Positions 25,289 to 32,000 are shown, counted from the first letter of the stretch. The stretch is DNA of 32,000 bases from Candidatus Electrothrix sp. GW3-4 (GCF_037902255.1 NZ_CP147990.1:1770001-1802000); one strand, 5' to 3'. Made by a program: numbers and translations. The notes: a model not told the origin generated them from the letters alone.

Positions 25289-25700
25289 TTTTAAAAAAGT
25301 TCTCAGGTACTTTGATAAAGAGAGTACCTTAACTTTTTAAACGAGAGATTTCTATTCTTCTTTACCCCTCTTATTTGGGTTGAAACAGAGCGTGAGTTAA
25401 AAAAACACCAGCTCATTTCTCTCTTCCTGCTCTTCCATTTTAAAAATCAAGAGCTGAGAGGAAAAAACTGACGACCACTTTTTAAAAAAGGAGAGAGCAG
25501 TTTTAAAAAAGTATCGCCTCTTTTTTATCTCGCGCTTGTCCATTTTAATAATGGAGAGGCGTGAGCAGAAAGAGGACAGCACCATCTTTAAAAAGGAGTG
25601 ACACTTTTTAAAAAAGCACCTCTTCTTTTTCTCCTCGCACGTCTCATTTCTTTAAATGGAACGCTTGATTTTAAAACATGACAGTCTGATTTTTTCCTCA
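25289..25700. repeat. Array of eleven T(n)A(n) palindromes, including three degenerate ~105-bp tandem units
   Basis: Sites of type CA-TTTTAAAAA-GGA have their T/A steps at 25292, 25338, 25398, 25441, 25483, 25504, 25546, 25589, 25609, 25653 and 25672. The tandem units are about 25397-25500, 25501-25604 and 25605-25700, and they align with each other loosely. Each unit has a pyrimidine-rich arm, then CCATTTTAAWAAT, then a purine-rich arm. Confidence 0.8.
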
Positions 25701-25937
25701 CGCCAGTCGTGTTGCAAAATAGGGAGCAGCGAGAAAGAAAAGTGCGGCTTATTTTTCTTCAAAGGGCAGGTGAGAGCACAAGAGGAGATTGCCTGTGCTC
25801 AAAAGAAACGTTACTGAGCGAATCCCAGCGGCCACTGGGAAGAAACTCGAATCGTTGTTCTGTTCCCTGACAGTTCAACTGGCTATAAAACCTCAGCAAG
25901 GGAAAAGATGCAATCGAAATTCCAAGGTATAAGGAGC

Positions 25938-25959
25938 AAGGCGGCAGAAAAGCCGCCTT
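25938..25959 (-). terminator. Hairpin after the PLP-decarboxylase gene (putative terminator)
   Basis: AAGGCGGC-agaaaa-GCCGCCTT has perfect 8-bp arms and lies about 35 nt after the stop at 25995. The trailing U-tract is weak on the minus strand (GCTCCTTATACC). Confidence 0.45.
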
Positions 25960-25994
25960 GGGGTCAAAGGAGCTGGCCCAGGGAAAAGACGAAA

Positions 25995-27209
25995 TCAGGT
26001 CAGCAAAAACTCCTTAAACTGACCGCGCATACAATGATTTGAAGCCATTGAAGACGAATAGGCACCTGCATTGATCAGGGCCAGATACTCCTGTCCCTCC
26101 ATGTCGGGCAGCCAGGACTCGTCATACCATACATCAATAGCCTCGTTGATATTCCCCACCACCCGCATGGGGAAGAACTGCCCGTTGCCCAGCTCCAGAG
26201 GAACCGGTTGTAAGGGGAGTTGATAATAGGCCGGTTCCGGGGCCAGATTAAAGCCCGCATCAACCCCGAGAAAGAGGGTGTCTTTCTTTTGCTCGACCAT
26301 GGTTTTCTCCAGCAACAGGAGGCCTGCATCTTTGAGCAGGTATTCTCCTGGTTCCACCTCCAGATGAAGATCGGTGCCGCTGAAATGTTTTTTTAAGCCC
26401 CTAGCCCATTGGTGGAGGTCAAGGGGCTGGTCAGAGGCATCATGGGGAACACCGAGTCCTCCCCCCATATTCACCCTTTCCAGCTGATCACAACGTTCGA
26501 TGAACCACATACAACGCTCTATGACCGCCTCCAGCTGATCAAGCTGGGGCGTGAGATAGCCGCAGCCCGTGTGAAAATGGATCTTGGTCACCGTGAGTCC
26601 GCACGCCGCAGCTGTTGTCAGGGCCTCGTCGAACTGCTCCTGATAGATCCCGAACTTGGTAACGTTCTTGCCCGCATATTGCAAGGTACTGTTGGCCTCG
26701 CGGCTCACCCCGGCAGCCGGATTGATCCGGATGCCGATCTTTGCCCCAGGTTTATGCTGGGCCCAGGTTCGGATCGTGTGCAGGGAATCGCAGTCCATAA
26801 ACAGCCCCTCATAGCGGGCGAGCTGTTCATAATCAGCGCGGGAGAGATTGCCTGCGGTAAAGGAGATATCAGCAGGGCTGAATCCACAACTCAGTGCGAG
26901 CTCCACCTCACTCGGGGAGCAGGCATCAATACCGCAGAGGCCTGTTTCCTGGAGCCGGGTCAGGAGGGGAAGGAAACGGTTAGCCTTCATGGCGTAGAGA
27001 ACCGAGAAACCTCCTGCCAATTCTGCCTCTTCCAGGGCCTGACGAAGGCGGTTCAGGTTTTCCCGGACCCGGGCAAATGAGTAGACAAAGGTCCGGGAAC
27101 CGAATTGGGCAGCCAACTGCCTGACTGCCCTGCCAGCAAAATAAAGTTGGCCTGCCTGGTAGCAGAGATCGGCTCTCTGCCACCAGGTAGAGTACTGCCT
27201 CCTGTCCAT
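25995..27209 (-). CDS. PLP-dependent group IV decarboxylase (diaminopimelate/ornithine/arginine decarboxylase family 2)
   Basis: I prefer ATG 27207-27209 over the TTG at 27212. The protein carries the PLP-lysine motif VLYAMKANRF, plus NMGGGLGVP, EVEPGEYLL and INAGAYSSSMASNHCMRG, which are characteristic of LysA-like enzymes. The ATG shares its A with the TGA of the upstream SET gene (TGATG). Confidence 0.85.
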   Translation of the reverse strand: MDRRQYSTWWQRADLCYQAGQLYFAGRAVRQLAAQFGSRTFVYSFARVRENLNRLRQALEEAELAGGFSVLYAMKANRFLPLLTRLQETGLCGIDACSPSEVELALSCGFSPADISFTAGNLSRADYEQLARYEGLFMDCDSLHTIRTWAQHKPGAKIGIRINPAAGVSREANSTLQYAGKNVTKFGIYQEQFDEALTTAAACGLTVTKIHFHTGCGYLTPQLDQLEAVIERCMWFIERCDQLERVNMGGGLGVPHDASDQPLDLHQWARGLKKHFSGTDLHLEVEPGEYLLKDAGLLLLEKTMVEQKKDTLFLGVDAGFNLAPEPAYYQLPLQPVPLELGNGQFFPMRVVGNINEAIDVWYDESWLPDMEGQEYLALINAGAYSSSMASNHCMRGQFKEFLLT

Positions 27210-27485
27210 CAACTCTCGCCTGTGAGATGAGCTGTGGTCATGAGTTCGGCAGGAGGCCTCTGAGCAGCCGCGTGGGCAACGCTGTCTCCCTCCTTACGGC
27301 CTGTAATCCAGAGCCGACAGGCTGGGCTGCCGCAGGAACAGGGGAATTGTTTAAAAAGGACATCCTCTGTTTCAGCGTAATCCATAAAGAGAAAGCTTCC
27401 TGCCTGGATATCACAAAGGGCAGTTACTGTCCGCCTCTCCATATCAAGAGAGATATTTGGGGAACAGGAGTGAAGAAAGTTAAAG
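27209..27485 (-). pseudogene. SET-domain protein, C-terminal fragment (gene split by IS3 insertion)
   Basis: The sequence NFLHSCSPNISLDMERRTVTALCDIQAGSFLFMDYAETEDVLFKQFPCSCGSPACRLWITG contains the SET motifs (N)HSCxPN and ELxxDY-like FMDY, and the post-SET CxCxxxxC. The listed ORF 27209..27709 reaches this frame only by reading through duplicated IS-end sequence. Confidence 0.75.
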
Positions 27486-27593
27486 TGGACCCCATAGTCA
27501 ACACAAAATTTGGCATAATTTAAGATAGATTTCGGGCTAACAACAACCTCTCTTATTTGATGATTTCCTCCTCTAGCTGCTTGACCTGTAAAG
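27486..27593. repeat. Extra tandem copy of the terminal ~108 bp of the IS3-family element
   Basis: Segment 27486-27593 and segment 27594-27701 both start TGGACCCCATAGTCAACACAAAATTT(G/A)GCATAATTTAAGATAGATTTCGGGCTAACAACAA. They stay similar for about 85-100 nt. Confidence 0.8.
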
Positions 27594-27699
27594 TGGACCC
27601 CATAGTCAACACAAAATTTAGCATAATTTAAGATAGATTTCGGGCTAACAACAAACTTTCTTATCTGGTGATTTCCTCCTATATTTGTTTGACTGTATC

Positions 27700-28392
27700 T
27701 CATGAGCAATAATGAATATCTTCAGGAGATCTGTACCCCAAAGACTGATGAGGACGTCGAGTGTTATAAAACGAAAAATACTCTTCCAGACCGTGGTATA
27801 ACTCATTGCCATTTCGATAGTCTTTCAGGTAGATATTTTCGTACTTTACTGTACGCCAAAGACGCTCGACAAAAATATTATCCAGTGCTCGGCCCTTGCC
27901 GTCCATGCTGATTTTTACATCAACATCTGTCAGGCGTTGTGTAAACTGCTTGCTTGTGAATTGCACTCCCTGATCTGTATTAAAAATATCGGGTAATCCA
28001 TGAGTTAATGCTTCATCAAGAGCTTCGACACAAAAATCGTTATCCATCGTATTGGATATACGCCAACTGAGGATGTATCGGCTGTACCAGTCAATAATTA
28101 CCGTCAGATACATGAAACCGCTCTGCATCGGAATATACGTGATATCAGTGCTCCAAACCTGATTGGGACGATCAATCAAGATGTTCCTCAAAAGGTATGG
28201 ATAAACTTTGTGTTCAATATTCCGATGAGTTAGTTTCGGTTTCGGGTAAATAGCCTCAAGCCCCATTAGGCGCATCAACCGTTGAACCCGTTTTCTGTTA
28301 ACATGAAAAGCACGCCGTTCCAGCTCGATGACCATCCGTCTGCTTCCGTAAAAAGGACAGTCGGTGTAGATCTCATCGATAATTCGCATCAA
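27700..28392 (-). CDS. IS3-family transposase OrfB (DDE integrase-core); frame stays open upstream to 28563
   Basis: The 230-aa track ORF begins at an internal Met. The same frame reads KKKSEPYSDPLDLIDSQHRSISIQRQCELLGISRSRYYYKPAVESELNLKLMRIIDEIY upstream of it. This is the usual OrfAB fusion region. Confidence 0.85.
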   Translation of the reverse strand: MMRIIDEIYTDCPFYGSRRMVIELERRAFHVNRKRVQRLMRLMGLEAIYPKPKLTHRNIEHKVYPYLLRNILIDRPNQVWSTDITYIPMQSGFMYLTVIIDWYSRYILSWRISNTMDNDFCVEALDEALTHGLPDIFNTDQGVQFTSKQFTQRLTDVDVKISMDGKGRALDNIFVERLWRTVKYENIYLKDYRNGNELYHGLEEYFSFYNTRRPHQSLGYRSPEDIHYCS

Positions 28393-28528
28393 TTTGAGGT
28401 TCAGTTCGCTCTCAACCGCTGGCTTGTAGTAATAGCGGGATCGACTGATGCCAAGCAGCTCACATTGCCTCTGGATGCTGATCGACCTATGCTGAGAATC
28501 AATTAAATCAAGGGGATCCGAGTAGGGC

Positions 28529-28870
28529 TCAGACTTTTTTTTTAAGCCAGTCCAGCTCCATTTTCAGACGACCGATTTCTTCGTATAAGCGTTTTTCAGC
28601 CTTGCGGGAATCATCTTTTGCTTTACCGCGTTTTCGGCTGAATATTTCGGTTACTCCTTCTTTTAGCTGCTTTTTCCAGGTGCTAATCTGGTTTGGCTGA
28701 ATCTCATACTGGGAGGCCAGTACATTAATCGGCTTTAGTTCTTTCAGTGCTTCAAGTGCAACTTTTCCTTTAAATGCAGCTGAGTGGACTCTTCTTTTAC
28801 GTGACATGCGTAGATTCTCCGGTAGTGGCTGTATGAATTTCGGACTCGTGCCAAGCGCACCAAAATACAT
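28529..28870 (-). CDS. IS3-family transposase OrfA
   Basis: A 113-aa ORF, SRKRRVHSAAFKGKVALEALKELKPINVLASQYEIQPNQISTWKKQLKEG...LKMELDWLKKKV. It ends within an A9 run (plus-strand T9 at 28535-28543). Confidence 0.85.
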   Translation of the reverse strand: MYFGALGTSPKFIQPLPENLRMSRKRRVHSAAFKGKVALEALKELKPINVLASQYEIQPNQISTWKKQLKEGVTEIFSRKRGKAKDDSRKAEKRLYEEIGRLKMELDWLKKKV

Positions 28871-28925
28871 TCAGCATTTTTAGAAAAAAATCTACCTTAA
28901 ATAGCTGTCCAAGAATAGGGGTCCA

Positions 28926-29159
28926 TTATAAGTATCCTGAAAAATAAGGGTCATACAGATGGCGATCTGGTGCAATCTGGAGCGTATGCTGGAGTATCTC
29001 CGAGACCTCTTCTCCTGTAACTATTGCCAGCAGATCACCTTGAGCAAAGTATCTCTTGCTGATAACACCTGAACCGGAAAGCGCATCTTTATAGATGACT
29101 TCAAAGTCAGCAGCTTGCGGGTACAGGGGGTTGCCCCCAAATTTCTTGGGATAAATCAT
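28926..29159 (-). pseudogene. SET-domain protein, N-terminal fragment (gene split by IS3 insertion)
   Basis: MIYPKKFGGNPLYPQAADFEVIYKDALSGSGVISKRYFAQGDLLAIVTGEEVSEILQHTLQIAPDRHLYDPYFSGYL is the N-SET/GxG region. The frame stops at a TAA (28926-28928) immediately adjacent to the IS end at 28925. Confidence 0.7.
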
Positions 29160-29589
29160 GACCTACAGTCTCCTCAAAAAGAGTTTTGCAAAGCCTGCTC
29201 GCAAATCACCCTATGTGAAATCGAAAGCAGTAGAGTACGGTCAAGCGCATATTTTTTTTCTCAGGATATATTTTGAGCTTATCTCTTTGTTTTTAAGCTC
29301 TTTGTCTGCAACTCTTCGTTCCTGAAAAAAAGGGCGCGGGTAAATACTGCTTTTTAGAAAATTTGGCAATAAAAAAATGTCGCCTTAAAAGAAAAAGAAA
29401 CAGGAGGGAAAGTTTTTTTTAATAAAATATTATGTTACCACATAGTGTTACAGATTGAGAATGGATATTTTTATGGATAAATTGGGAACTTGCTGTATTG
29501 TCGATATGAATATCAGCATAATTTCTTCGCAGAACCAAAAGAAACCTTTTTGGCTCTTCTGTCCCATCTCCCTCGTTTGATTAAAAAAG

Positions 29590-29618
29590 TTGACATGTGG
29601 TACTAATATTTTTATTCT
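29590..29618 (+). promoter_or_regulatory. Candidate sigma70-type promoter for the riboswitch-like leader and the 29814 gene
   Basis: TTGACA (29590-29595), a 17-nt spacer, then TATTCT (29613-29618), all within a strongly A+T-rich region. Confidence 0.35.
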
Positions 29619-29704
29619 TTTCTTTAAGTACCTCTCTTTATACATGAGGTGCCTGACTTTCTGGACGGAACAGGATTGCAAGGTTGCTGATCCTGGGCCG
29701 GAAA

Positions 29705-29785
29705 GTTGCTAAAGCCACAGCCGTCGTGAGGCGGTGTCGGAAAGCCACGGGTCTTTGGTAAAGGAGACAGCCGGGTTACCTACTT
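29705..29785 (+). promoter_or_regulatory. GEMM-I-like (cyclic dinucleotide, c-di-GMP-I class) riboswitch candidate
   Basis: The layout is GCTAAAGCC, a first hairpin, CGGAAAGCC, a second hairpin, then TTACC. The first hairpin is ACA-G-CCGTC GTGA GGCGG-TGT, with a GNRA loop. The second hairpin is ACGGGTCT..ttggtaaagg..AGACAGCCGGG. This resembles the GEMM-I consensus as I recall it: GGCAAA, P1 with GNRA loop, GACGCAAAGCC, P2, then CAGCCGGGUUACC. It ends about 20 nt before the AGGAGG RBS of the 29814 ORF. Confidence 0.55.
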
Positions 29786-29813
29786 TGAATTTCCCATACC
29801 AGGAGGTGGTGTA

Positions 29814-30395
29814 ATGAAGGCAAGACATTCTCTACTCAGTGCTCGCATGACAGGAATAACGATTCTTTTCCTTATCGTTGTTCCTCTTGCGGCCCAAGCC
29901 GGGGTGCAGAAAGCCGTTGTTGTAGATGGTCACTATGAGGAGTGGGACTTGAAGGCAGACCGTTCACGTCCTATGCCGACTGAGCGGAGGACCCCGAGTA
30001 CCTGCAACACCGTGCATAACGGCCGGAAATGCATTGGAGAAGAGATACCGAATGTCTATTTACGCTATGACAGCATAACCAATACCGTCTTTGTTCTTGT
30101 CTTACAAAAAGACACCATAGAGGATGGGAAGAAGAAGCCGGTGGTCAATATCTATACCCTTGGGCAAAATATTCCGGTGAACCTTGATGACCCTGGGAAG
30201 ATTTCACATTTTTCCTGGGTTATGGATGCGGGACATCGCGTTGGTTGGGAGGGTGCCTTTCAATTGACCCCTGGGGTCTATGATTGTGATACAGGGCAGA
30301 GTACCCTTACAGGAGCTCAACCTGCCTCGGAAAAAAAGACAGCAGCAGAGGTGGAGGTCATCGACACAGAGGGGCTCTTTTTAAACTGTAAGTGA
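29814..30395 (+). CDS. Secreted hypothetical protein
   Basis: A 193-aa ORF with an AGGAGG RBS 8 nt upstream and signal peptide MKARHSLLSARMTGITILFLIVVPLAAQA. The mature part is beta-rich with several Cys residues. I do not recognise the family. Confidence 0.6.
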   Translation: MKARHSLLSARMTGITILFLIVVPLAAQAGVQKAVVVDGHYEEWDLKADRSRPMPTERRTPSTCNTVHNGRKCIGEEIPNVYLRYDSITNTVFVLVLQKDTIEDGKKKPVVNIYTLGQNIPVNLDDPGKISHFSWVMDAGHRVGWEGAFQLTPGVYDCDTGQSTLTGAQPASEKKTAAEVEVIDTEGLFLNCK

Positions 30396-30445
30396 AAAGA
30401 GCCGCTCATGAAGAGAAGAGCAGGGTTTCATCGCATGTTCTGTAA

Positions 30446-30484
30446 GGGGCCAGCCTGTGGAGGGCTGGCCCCTTACCTTGTTTT
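30446..30484 (+). terminator. Rho-independent terminator of the secreted-protein gene
   Basis: GGGGCCAGCC-tgtggag-GGCTGGCCCC has a perfect 10-bp stem and is followed by TTACCTTGTTTT. Confidence 0.75.
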
Positions 30485-30592
30485 AGAGCTGCCCACAGGT
30501 CTTGAATAGTTTGCCTTTCCTGCCCATTTACGGTATATCCTTTTGAGCGGAATGGCACCTTATTGTTAACGACAGAACAACGAAATCCTACC

Positions 30593-31060
30593 ATGCAAAC
30601 AGCCCCTCTCCATATCGTGTTGGTTGAACCGGAAATCCCGCCCAATACCGGGTCAATTGCCCGCCTCTGCGGGGCAACAGATGCTGTTTTGGACCTGGTG
30701 CATCCCCTGGGGTTCAGCACTGATGATAAACATCTGAAGCGGGCAGGTCTGGATTATTGGCCCCATGTCAATATCCAACATTGGCAAAACTTCGAGGAAT
30801 TTCTTGAGCAGCACGATGAGCGTAAGCTCTTCTTCTTCACCACCAAGTCGGAACGTCCGTATTACCAGGCCACCTTTCATCCAGGAGACTCTCTGGTCTT
30901 TGGTCGGGAGACCAAAGGACTCCCTGAAGAAACCCTTGCGCTCTATCCTGACCGCTGTTATACCATTCCCATGACAAATCCGCATATCCGCAGCCTCAAC
31001 CTGGCCATGAGTGCCGGGATTGTTCTTTATGAGGCCCTGCGTCAGGTACAATCTCGTTAA
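30593..31060 (+). CDS. trmL: tRNA (cytidine/uridine34-2'-O)-methyltransferase TrmL (SpoU/TrmH family)
   Basis: The track ORF was trimmed to ATG 30593. The protein starts MQTAPLHIVLVEPEIPPNTGSIARLCGAT and carries LKRAGLDYW, LVFGRETKGLPEE and NLAMSAGIVLYEALRQ. Size (155 aa) and motifs are typical of TrmL. Confidence 0.85.
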   Translation: MQTAPLHIVLVEPEIPPNTGSIARLCGATDAVLDLVHPLGFSTDDKHLKRAGLDYWPHVNIQHWQNFEEFLEQHDERKLFFFTTKSERPYYQATFHPGDSLVFGRETKGLPEETLALYPDRCYTIPMTNPHIRSLNLAMSAGIVLYEALRQVQSR

Positions 31061-31170
31061 CTTCCTCCCGGCCCCGTTGGGCCAGGACAACAAAAGAGCA
31101 AAGGCAGGAAGGCCTGATCAGCTTCACTGACCACTTTCATATAAAACCCCATTGAGGAGCATGACATACA

Positions 31171-32000
31171 ATGCCAGAGAGAATTTATAATTTCAGCCCC
31201 GGACCAGCAACCCTGCCCTATCCTGTTCTTGAAGAGGCAGCTCAAGACATTGTCAATTTCAAGGATAAGGGCATTGGTCTTATTGAGATGAGCCATCGCT
31301 CCAAGGAGTTTATGGCCGTGGCTGATGAGACCGAGGCCCTGGTGCGTGAATTGCTGGCGGTGCCGGAAAACTACAAGGTCCTCTTTCTTCAGGGCGGGGC
31401 CTCGTCGCAGTTTTTCATGGTCCCCATGAACCTGCTCGGGGCAGGAAAAAAGGCAACCTACCTGAACACCGGTACCTGGGCCAAGAAGGCCATTAAGGAG
31501 GCTAAACTGTTCGGTGATATTGATGTGGCCTATACCAGCGAAGAGAGCAGCTTTAACCGGGTCCCAGAAGAGGATGAGTACAGCGTGGATCGGGCCTCAG
31601 AATACCTCTACCTCTGCTCGAATAACACCATCTACGGCACCCAGTTTGCCCAGTTTCCTGGCAAGGGAAGGATGCTGGTCTGTGATATGTCCTCAGATAT
31701 CTTCTCCCGGCCCCTGGATATCTCCCGCTTTGGCATTATCTTTGCTGGTGCCCAGAAGAACATGGGGCCTGCTGGCGTGACCCTGGTTATCATTCGGGAA
31801 GATCTGCTGGATTGCGCCCCGGAGAACGTGCCCACCATGCTCCGCTACAAGACCCATGCCGATAAGGGCTCCATGTTCAATACCCCACCGACCTTTGCCA
31901 TCTACTGTGTGGGGCGGGTCCTGAACTGGTTAAAAGAGCAGGGTGGTGTTGCTGCCATGCAAAAGCGCAATGAAGAAAAGGCAGCGCTGTTGTACGAGGC
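31171..32000 (+). CDS. serC: Phosphoserine aminotransferase, 5' part (gene runs off the window end)
   Basis: ATG 31171 is preceded by GAGGAG. The frame stays open to the window end, so it is not in the ORF track. Translation: MPERIYNFSPGPATLPYPVLEEAAQDIVNFKDKGIGLIEMSHRSKEFMAVADETEALVRELLAVPENYKVLFLQGGASSQF...AGAQKNMGPAGVTLVIIRE, which is typical of SerC. Confidence 0.9.
   Translation, partial: MPERIYNFSPGPATLPYPVLEEAAQDIVNFKDKGIGLIEMSHRSKEFMAVADETEALVRELLAVPENYKVLFLQGGASSQFFMVPMNLLGAGKKATYLNTGTWAKKAIKEAKLFGDIDVAYTSEESSFNRVPEEDEYSVDRASEYLYLCSNNTIYGTQFAQFPGKGRMLVCDMSSDIFSRPLDISRFGIIFAGAQKNMGPAGVTLVIIREDLLDCAPENVPTMLRYKTHADKGSMFNTPPTFAIYCVGRVLNWLKEQGGVAAMQKRNEEKAALLYE

Larger units (their letters stand above)
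27594..28925 (-). mobile_element. IS3-family insertion sequence (orfA + orfB, about 1.33 kb)
   Basis: The element has imperfect terminal inverted repeats. On the plus strand, TGGACCCCATAGTC... starts at 27594, and on the minus strand TGGACCCCTATTCT... starts at 28925. Internally it has orfA with a helix-turn-helix and leucine-zipper-like region, and orfB with the DDE triad in WSTDITYI, FNTDQGVQF and DNIFVERLW. I found no clean target-site duplication. Confidence 0.85.

Noticed and set aside
25397-25585. Track ORF of 62 aa (minus strand) inside the repeat array
   Set aside because: Its sequence (…FFKTALSFFKKW…IFKMEEQEE…) is a low-complexity translation of the TTTTAAAAA repeats. It has no RBS and no protein-like pattern.
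25289-25700. Possible CRISPR array, given the regularly recurring short motif in non-coding DNA
   Set aside because: The recurring element is only a ~9-11-nt T/A palindrome. The ~105-bp units are degenerate rather than exact. There is no constant-length repeat-plus-unique-spacer architecture, and no cas genes are present in the window.
27209-27709. Track ORF of 166 aa with an internal 36-aa peptide repeat (GGNHQIR.FVVSPKSILNYAKFCVDYGVHF, present twice)
   Set aside because: The repeated peptide is the translation of the duplicated IS3 terminus. Only the last ~92 codons (the SET C-terminal fragment) are real coding sequence.
29448-29681. 77-aa minus-strand ORF in the A+T-rich region between the SET gene and the riboswitch-like leader
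   Set aside because: It has a very A+T-rich, Lys/Ile/Phe-biased composition and no RBS. It overlaps the candidate promoter and leader of the plus-strand gene, so it is probably non-coding.
22050-30400. A classical integrase-bounded genomic island or prophage
   Set aside because: No integrase or recombinase, tRNA gene or long flanking direct repeats were seen. The only mobile-DNA signatures are the IS3 element and the short repeats around fic. The region is better described as a mosaic accessory stretch.

Overview
This is a 32-kb chromosomal window. Its gene content would fit an anaerobic Desulfobacterota or deltaproteobacterium-like genome, but that is my inference and cannot be proven from the window. 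The housekeeping backbone comprises an OFA-type MFS permease, a MipA-like outer-membrane protein, a UvrD/PcrA-type helicase, aroK, ktrA-ktrB, typA/bipA, a four-gene 2-oxoacid:ferredoxin oxidoreductase operon (korDABC), rlmN, trmL and the 5' part of serC. There are two small operons of unclear role. One is aroK, a stand-alone condensation-domain protein and an alpha/beta hydrolase. The other is a zinc-ribbon/HAMP protein, a PhnD-like binding protein and a protein with two DUF4388-like modules. From about 22.05 to 30.4 kb the content is accessory and visibly more A+T-rich in places. This stretch holds a class-II-type Fic gene bracketed by two copies of the first 11 codons of the neighbouring radical SAM gene. 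It also holds a 661-aa fused ABC-ATPase + DUF4435/Toprim protein (OLD-like or merged-PARIS-like) and a 0.95-kb non-coding stretch. That stretch contains a CTGT-N8-ACAG palindrome, a long inverted repeat, and three degenerate ~105-bp tandem units carrying eleven helically phased TTTTAAAAA-type palindromes. Further along are a SET-domain gene translationally coupled to a PLP decarboxylase (the SET gene is split by an IS3-family element with a duplicated terminus) and a GEMM-I-like leader in front of a secreted protein. A recurring theme is single-base loss in homopolymer runs. There are 2 in the helicase gene, 4 in ktrB and probably 1 in the IS3 slippery run. This is either an assembly artefact or real decay. 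No tRNA, rRNA, CRISPR array or integrase was recognised.
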